IMG/VR virus record: IMGVR_UViG_3300010049_000008
Coordinates: 1 to 32,017 of that record
DNA length: 32,017 bases
Origin: a virus
Strand: one strand, 5' to 3'
Shown: positions 28,253 to 32,017 of the stretch, piece by piece
How the letters are laid out: each line of letters begins with the position of its first letter
Position numbering within the stretch: position 1 is the first letter of the stretch
The notes under the pieces: generated by a model
Database searches by the model: none
Told to the model about the DNA's origin: nothing
The model's input: the letters and a program-made list of their open reading frames with translations, nothing else
Program-made: the position numbers and the translations under genes

Positions 28253-28834
28253 TTATGCTCCCGGAAAAGTAACTTTCAAATCCTCAGCGTGCCCGGTAAA
28301 TATAAAAGTTCGTTCATGTTTTTCGGTTAAGTTGTCTGCGCATACTTTTATGGTTACCCAGAAAGTTTTCTCCTTTTCACTCTCAGACAACAGAGTCAAG
28401 GTTTTTTCTTCAGGTATGGCGGGTTCTGCTTTAGCTTTTGTTTTTGCTTCATTGAAAACTTGAATAACCTCTTTTCCCACAATATAGGGTTTAATTTTAG
28501 GATATTCTTTGATAACTTTTTTCACTATTTCAAAATATCCTAATTCAGAATCAACCAATTCTTTTATACGTGCCCAATATTTAACTTCATACATACAAGT
28601 TTCAACATTCATTTGGCACCATTGATTAGAAACAGTTTTACCCGTAATCATACAATAACCCACTACGTCATCCGCTGAAAGCTTCACAGCACACGGAATT
28701 TCCGTGCTTATATTTTCGGGATAAGTTTCTTTTTTCTCTTCGGTTATGGGGATTTCTACGGTTGGTTTATCCTCTTTTTTTGGGGTGGGTGGGATACAGG
28801 TTTTACAATTCGTTTTAATTTTGGTTTCAGTCAT
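28253..28834 (-). CDS. Hypothetical protein, 193 aa; first gene of the leftward arm
   Basis: Track ORF 28253..28843 trimmed to ATG 28834 (MTETKIKTNCKTC...). It has a Lys/Glu/Pro-rich N-terminus and several Cys. No family recognised. Confidence 0.6.
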   Translation of the reverse strand: MTETKIKTNCKTCIPPTPKKEDKPTVEIPITEEKKETYPENISTEIPCAVKLSADDVVGYCMITGKTVSNQWCQMNVETCMYEVKYWARIKELVDSELGYFEIVKKVIKEYPKIKPYIVGKEVIQVFNEAKTKAKAEPAIPEEKTLTLLSESEKEKTFWVTIKVCADNLTEKHERTFIFTGHAEDLKVTFPGA

Positions 28835-28872
28835 GTTGACCACACCATAACGGGGGGGGGAACATAAATAAA
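28835..28872 (-). promoter_or_regulatory. Leftward promoter-like element with a C9 tract: TTTATTTAT-GTT-CCCCCCCCC-GTTATGGTGTGGTCAAC-ATG
   Basis: A/T box at 28864..28872 (minus strand) and G9 on the plus strand at 28852..28860. Same CCCCCCCCCGTTA as at 1674..1686. Confidence 0.4.
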
Positions 28873-29144
28873 GCTTTCCTTCAGACGACGAAATTAAAAA
28901 ATGGTGATATATCCTACTCCGCTACCCGCGTGAAGCTAAAATGAAGAAATACCGTAAACACCAGTTTGGAGACCTTACGCCAACATGAAAACGTAAGATT
29001 GTTTTTGCGGTGCATCACAGGCAATCATCACCACCCAATAACAAGTATACAGGAATATAAATGTTAATAAAATGGCGGCTGGCTACAGCCATAACGCACC
29101 AATATACACGGCGTTTATAACCACATATACATGGATTTTGTCCC

Positions 29145-29400
29145 ATATTTTAGCTCTAAGGGGCGAGCGTCATCGTTGAGGGATAGCTTCAGCCGTTAAT
29201 CATAGCGGGCTTGGAGGCCCGTTCTTATAGCGCAAGCGGCAACTCACTATCACTTATTTCGACTTGACTGATAGCCCGGTTCATATGTGGACACTATCAG
29301 CCATTCCCGACAATCCGGCAGGGATTGACGAGCTTAACCAAGATACTTTCAGCGGTAACCGTCACAAGCCTTACGAGGGCAAGCCGTCATTACATGATTT
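29145..29400. ncRNA. Candidate structured non-coding RNA (visibly G+C-richer island inside the control region)
   Basis: Local hairpins: AGCGGGC/GCCCGTT (29204..29223), CTGATAG/CTATCAG (29268..29300) and CAATCC/GGATTG (29310..29326). TTTATAA at 29114..29120 could serve as a TATA box for plus-strand transcription. Strand and ends are unknown. Confidence 0.2.
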
Positions 29401-29567
29401 CTCTATATCTGCACTCCTACGCAAATAGTAAGTTTGCGTTAATTGCCACAATTGATTAAGCATACCCTAATAGGTGAAAGTCATAATTAAAGTTATCTGA
29501 AATCAACCAAAACAACATTTTTGTTGTAGAGGCAAAGTTTCCGTTTTTCTATTCAACCAATGACTTA

Positions 29568-29610
29568 GGGTTAACGGGGTTAAAGAGGTTTAACCCCGTA
29601 AGGGGTTTTT
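29568..29610 (+). promoter_or_regulatory. Cluster of GGGGTTAA boxes forming two mutually exclusive hairpins
   Basis: H1 pairs ACGGGGTTAAA (29574..29584) with TTTAACCCCGT (29589..29599). H2 pairs AACCCC (29592..29597) with GGGGTT (29602..29607) around a GTAA loop, followed by a T run. Confidence 0.5.
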
Positions 29611-29841
29611 GAGTATTATAGTTTAGCGTTTTTTAGAGGGAGAAAAAGAAAAGTTAAGAAAGTTAAAGTTATTAATAGTATATATACTACTACTATCTAC
29701 ATTTACTTTTACTTTTACTTACAAGTAATACAATCGATACTTACACAACATCATATTTAAGGCTTTCCCAACAAACAATCAGGTGATTAGGGTGGATTTT
29801 TGGGTGCTGGAAAAAGTGTTTTATTGTTTTTCGCTTAGAAA

Positions 29842-29868
29842 GTTTAACCCAGTTAACCCCGTTAACCC
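29842..29868. repeat. Three tandem GTT(T)AACCC(C) boxes, inverted relative to the 29568..29584 boxes
   Basis: GTTTAACCC a GTTAACCCC GTTAACCC. Together with the upstream G-strand boxes they bracket a ~230-bp A/T-rich stretch containing (TTTTAC) repeats. Confidence 0.7.
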
Positions 29869-29930
29869 TGTTTGGTTGTTGTAGTTAGTTGCAATATTCT
29901 AAAAGTTATTCAACTAAAGTTTAATCTATT

Positions 29931-30018
29931 GTTAAACATGTTAAAGGTTGTGCAAAAGGTTAAGATGTTAAACATGTTAAAGGTTGTGCAAAAGGTTAAG
30001 ATGTTAAACATGTTAAAG
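29931..30018. repeat. 36-bp tandem direct repeat, 2.4 copies (iteron/operator-like)
   Basis: gttaaacatgttaaaggttgtgcaaaaggttaagat occurs at 29931..29966 and 29967..30002, both identical, with a partial third copy at 30003..30018. Each copy contains the AACATGTT palindrome. The array abuts the TATA box at 30019. Confidence 0.9.
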
Positions 30019-30063
30019 TTTATTAATGTGAGTGCAGTAAAGTCTATTATGGAGTTAAACAAC
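30019..30063 (+). promoter_or_regulatory. Rightward promoter P4: TTTATTAAT-N21-ATGGAGTTAAACAAC-ATG (opens an 11-codon uORF)
   Basis: It shares the 18-nt leader ATGGAGTTAAACAACATG with P1-P3. The ATG at 30064 encodes only MTTNKRNYLWL, which overlaps the real start at 30090. Confidence 0.5.
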
Positions 30064-30089
30064 ATGACTACAAACAAGAGGAATTATTT

Positions 30090-30326
30090 ATGGTTGTAAA
30101 AGAAATTAAAACACATGAAACCCGTCATCTGCTCATAAAAAGTCGTCATCCCGGAGAGGCCGCGTTAATAAAAGAGTTTAAGTTAATGGCAATACGTCAA
30201 AACAGTAATCACAACGAACTGTTTAACACTGTAATTCAGTTGGTAAAGGTGATTGAGCAGTTAGAAAATAAGTCATTAAATGAAGTGTATTATGAATACA
30301 CAAAAAAGTTATCGGTAGAGGGATAG
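30090..30326 (+). CDS. Hypothetical protein, 78 aa; first gene of the rightward arm
   Basis: Track ORF with GAGGAA 7 nt upstream. Possibly a small DNA-binding protein, but no motif is certain. Confidence 0.6.
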   Translation: MVVKEIKTHETRHLLIKSRHPGEAALIKEFKLMAIRQNSNHNELFNTVIQLVKVIEQLENKSLNEVYYEYTKKLSVEG

Positions 30327-30328
30327 TG

Positions 30329-30697
30329 ATGTTAGAGTTAAAATGTGTGCATAAGCCAAGTTTGGCCGTATCGTGTACTGGTGTGGCGTGTTCGCTGAAT
30401 CCCTCACAAGAGGGATTATGCCCAAAAATGGAGAATAGATGTACTTTTGATTTTCAATGTTTTAAGGAAACCAACACTATATCTCCAAAGGAAACTCCAG
30501 ATATTAGATATGAAAGAATAGAAATAAATTGCGACTATAACAACTCAAACATATGCTGTATTTGTGATAAATGTGGGAAATATTATGATCTAACCACAAT
30601 CAGATTTAACAAAGAATATAAACATAAAGAACTGATAGTTATGAGTTGTATTAATTGTAGTGGCATTAACTTTCATATTTTCAGGAGTCCAAAATAA
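30329..30697 (+). CDS. 122-aa Cys-rich protein
   Basis: Track ORF 30326..30697 (GTG) trimmed to the ATG. Multiple Cys pairs, including CCICDKC and CINC. Confidence 0.6.
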   Translation: MLELKCVHKPSLAVSCTGVACSLNPSQEGLCPKMENRCTFDFQCFKETNTISPKETPDIRYERIEINCDYNNSNICCICDKCGKYYDLTTIRFNKEYKHKELIVMSCINCSGINFHIFRSPK

Positions 30698-30999
30698 TGG
30701 TGCAAATTATTTTCGAGGGTAGAACTCATAGGGAAGTAAACTTAGCAATAAGCGACTTCTTTGATGCAGAAAATAACCAACAGAGAAGTCTGCGACGGCT
30801 TGAACAGGCGAAGTTGGAGCAACATATTTTTGATTTAATTCTTATGGATAATTCACAGATTGAAAAATCTTCAATTCCATCAATATTAAACCGATTATAT
30901 TCGATTAAAGCCGTGGATGTGTTGCAGGCAATTATACAGTTAAGTATTGATGGAAAAATCAGCATTTCTATAGCTGGAGGCTTAAAAGTTGAGTGTTGA
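30697..30999 (+). CDS. Hypothetical protein, 100 aa (possible wHTH at the C-terminus)
   Basis: Track ORF with TAATG overlap to the upstream gene and GGAG 11 nt upstream. Confidence 0.55.
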   Translation: MVQIIFEGRTHREVNLAISDFFDAENNQQRSLRRLEQAKLEQHIFDLILMDNSQIEKSSIPSILNRLYSIKAVDVLQAIIQLSIDGKISISIAGGLKVEC

Positions 31000-31153
31000 A
31001 AGAATTTTCTCGGAGACTTACCTAAAAGGCCTGACGTGGATAAAATTACTAAATCTCAAAGCAGGTTATGAGTGCCAGCGGTTATTGCCTCCTCCAGAGA
31101 TCCAAGAGGAAATAGCGCGGAGAATAGGTGAGATAAATGGCAAAACAAGATAA
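30989..31153 (+). CDS. Possible 54-aa ORF with TTG start
   Basis: Hand-translated (LSVERIFSETYLKGLTWIKLLNLKAGYECQRLLPPPEIQEEIARRIGEINGKTR). GGAGG 8 nt upstream. It fills an otherwise empty gap and overlaps both neighbours. Confidence 0.25.
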   Translation: MSVERIFSETYLKGLTWIKLLNLKAGYECQRLLPPPEIQEEIARRIGEINGKTR

Positions 31154-31307
31154 GATAATCTGTATGTTCTGTGGGAAAGAAATAAGCGAATACACTCGGG
31201 TAACTATCACGTATAACAAGAAAACTTCGATATTGTTCACGTGCCCCAAGTGCCAGCAGGGTTATTATAGCGGGGGTTCACTCGATGACCCTCCCACATC
31301 ACCCTAA
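31137..31307 (+). CDS. 56-aa zinc-ribbon micro-protein (MAKQDKIICMFCGKEISEYTRVTITYNKKTSILFTCPKCQQGYYSGGSLDDPPTSP)
   Basis: Hand-translated and below the cutoff. CxxC(23)CxxC pattern, with GGTGA 5 nt upstream. Confidence 0.5.
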   Translation: MAKQDKIICMFCGKEISEYTRVTITYNKKTSILFTCPKCQQGYYSGGSLDDPPTSP

Positions 31308-31309
31308 CT

Positions 31310-31352
31310 TTTATATATCCGTTTGGTATATGTTAACATGGAGTTAAACAAC
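31310..31352 (+). promoter_or_regulatory. Promoter/operator/leader cassette P2 (identical to P1)
   Basis: 31310..31358 equals 2243..2291 (49/49). TATA at 31310..31317 and palindrome at 31330..31339. Confidence 0.6.
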
Positions 31353-31526
31353 ATGACCAGCACAGAACAATACAGAATAATAAACCGATTAACAACAGTA
31401 TGGGAAGAATTAGACGAACTACAACAAAGCCTATACCAGAAAGAACGCGACCAAATAATAGAGGCTAAAGTAGCGGTTGACAAAATTCTCAAAACCTTAA
31501 CAACCAACGACCACTATATAGAGTGA
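31353..31526 (+). CDS. 57-aa helical protein (MTSTEQYRIINRLTTVWEELDELQQSLYQ...)
   Basis: Track ORF 31323..31526 trimmed to the ATG after the conserved leader. Confidence 0.55.
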   Translation: MTSTEQYRIINRLTTVWEELDELQQSLYQKERDQIIEAKVAVDKILKTLTTNDHYIE

Positions 31527-31531
31527 ACAAC

Positions 31532-31861
31532 ATGCGACTAAACAATAAAGCAGACATAAAATATACTAAATCCCCACTAATTTTCAAAGAAATTACCGAA
31601 AGAGCAGAGAAAGGATTAGTACACGTCTACTTAAGAGACTCTTACTATAGTGATAAGTGTGGTGCACTTATCGCGACATTTAACAAAAAAGAAACACATG
31701 TGAAAACACTAACAGTATACCATGAAACTATAGGAAACAAACATCATAGTGTAGGGTTGCAAATGGTGAATAAACGAGATAACAGTCTTGTTTGTATTTG
31801 GGTTTTAGATAATTATAATGAGGAGAATACTCCATCTGAGGTGTGCTGTAGTGCACCGTGA
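31532..31861 (+). CDS. Hypothetical protein, 109 aa
   Basis: Track ORF 31523..31861 (GTG) trimmed to the ATG in the AACAACATG context. Confidence 0.6.
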   Translation: MRLNNKADIKYTKSPLIFKEITERAEKGLVHVYLRDSYYSDKCGALIATFNKKETHVKTLTVYHETIGNKHHSVGLQMVNKRDNSLVCIWVLDNYNEENTPSEVCCSAP

Positions 31862-31886
31862 GCTACACACCAGATACTTAGCTACT

Positions 31887-32017
31887 ATGCGTATAGTGGC
31901 AGAAGCGTTAGAACGCTCATTCATCCAGCACATAAGCCTCCATCAGAATAGATTGTATTATCACATTTTTTGTGATGACCCCTTACAAATGCAGAGTTAT
32001 CAACAAGAATTAACCAA
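31887..32017 (+). CDS. Small ORF crossing the junction (49 aa, MRIVAEALERSFIQHISLHQNRLYYHIFCDDPLQMQSYQQELTKGVYGI); finishes at TAA 140..142 in the left copy
   Basis: ATG at 31887. The frame stays open through the repeat, and its TAA overlaps the next ATG (TAATG at 140..144). No family recognised. Confidence 0.3.
   Translation, partial: MRIVAEALERSFIQHISLHQNRLYYHIFCDDPLQMQSYQQELT
31895..32017. repeat. Terminal direct repeat, right copy (exactly equals 1..123)
   Basis: Same 123-nt string as 1..123. The window stops exactly at the end of the overlap, as expected for a circular or circularly permuted contig written with redundant ends. Confidence 0.95.

Larger units (their letters stand above)
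28873..29930. other. ORF-free divergent control region; candidate replication origin and/or non-coding RNA locus
   Basis: No ORF of 60 aa or more on either strand for about 1 kb in an otherwise tightly packed genome. It contains many hairpins, inverted clusters of GGGGTTAA boxes, an A/T-rich core and tandem repeats. Confidence 0.6.

Noticed and set aside
28981-28992. Extra copy of the CAACATGAAAAC start context in the control region
   Set aside because: It opens only a 3-codon ORF and sits in the loop of a CTTACG/CGTAAG hairpin. I treat it as part of non-coding structure, not as a gene.
29268-29300. Possible tRNA or tRNA-like attP fragment (GGTTCATAT resembles a T-loop)
   Set aside because: The flanks do not form a T-arm, no acceptor or anticodon stems can be drawn, and no integrase is encoded.
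29931-30018. Possible CRISPR mini-array (36-bp repeat period)
   Set aside because: The units are directly adjacent and fully identical, with no unique spacers between them, there are only 2.4 copies, and no cas genes are present. It is a plain tandem repeat (iteron/operator-like).
29872-30099. 75-aa track ORF (MVVVVSCNILKV...MLNMLKVVQKVK...)
   Set aside because: It is created by reading through the 36-bp tandem repeats and the promoter/leader cassette. The repetitive peptide and its position over regulatory DNA argue against coding.

Overview
This window is a complete small tailed-virus genome written with redundant ends. Bases 1..123 are identical to 31895..32017, so the unit is 31,894 bp, circular or circularly permuted, and one small ORF reads across the junction. 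The minus strand carries a siphovirus-type Caudoviricetes layout: terS-like, TerL, portal, Mu-F/gp7-like minor head protein, an HK97-type prohead protease fused to an acidic scaffold, major capsid protein, adaptor/neck proteins, tail tube, a chaperone with a -1 frameshift, tape measure, Dit, and a 1543-aa Tal/fibre. Upstream of it lies a long minus-strand block of small, mostly Cys-rich genes. A plus-strand arm runs from 30.06 kb across the junction to 3.65 kb and ends in a membrane protein plus a transglutaminase-like peptidase, a putative lysis pair. The two arms diverge from a ~1-kb ORF-free control region (28873..29930) with origin-like repeat architecture and converge at 3650..3823. I could not recognise any rRNA, tRNA, CRISPR array, transposase, integrase, DNA polymerase or primase. 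Promoter-like elements are unusually legible: TTTAWATA boxes sit about 30 nt from the predicted transcript start, and operator/leader cassettes are reused. Those promoters, oligo-T runs after hairpins, and many tiny zinc-ribbon ORFs favour an archaeal host, but that is inference. More than ten plausible genes are shorter than the 60-aa ORF-track cutoff; I found them by reading start/stop overlaps (ATGA, TAATG). All family names rest on motifs I recognised by eye, with no searches run.
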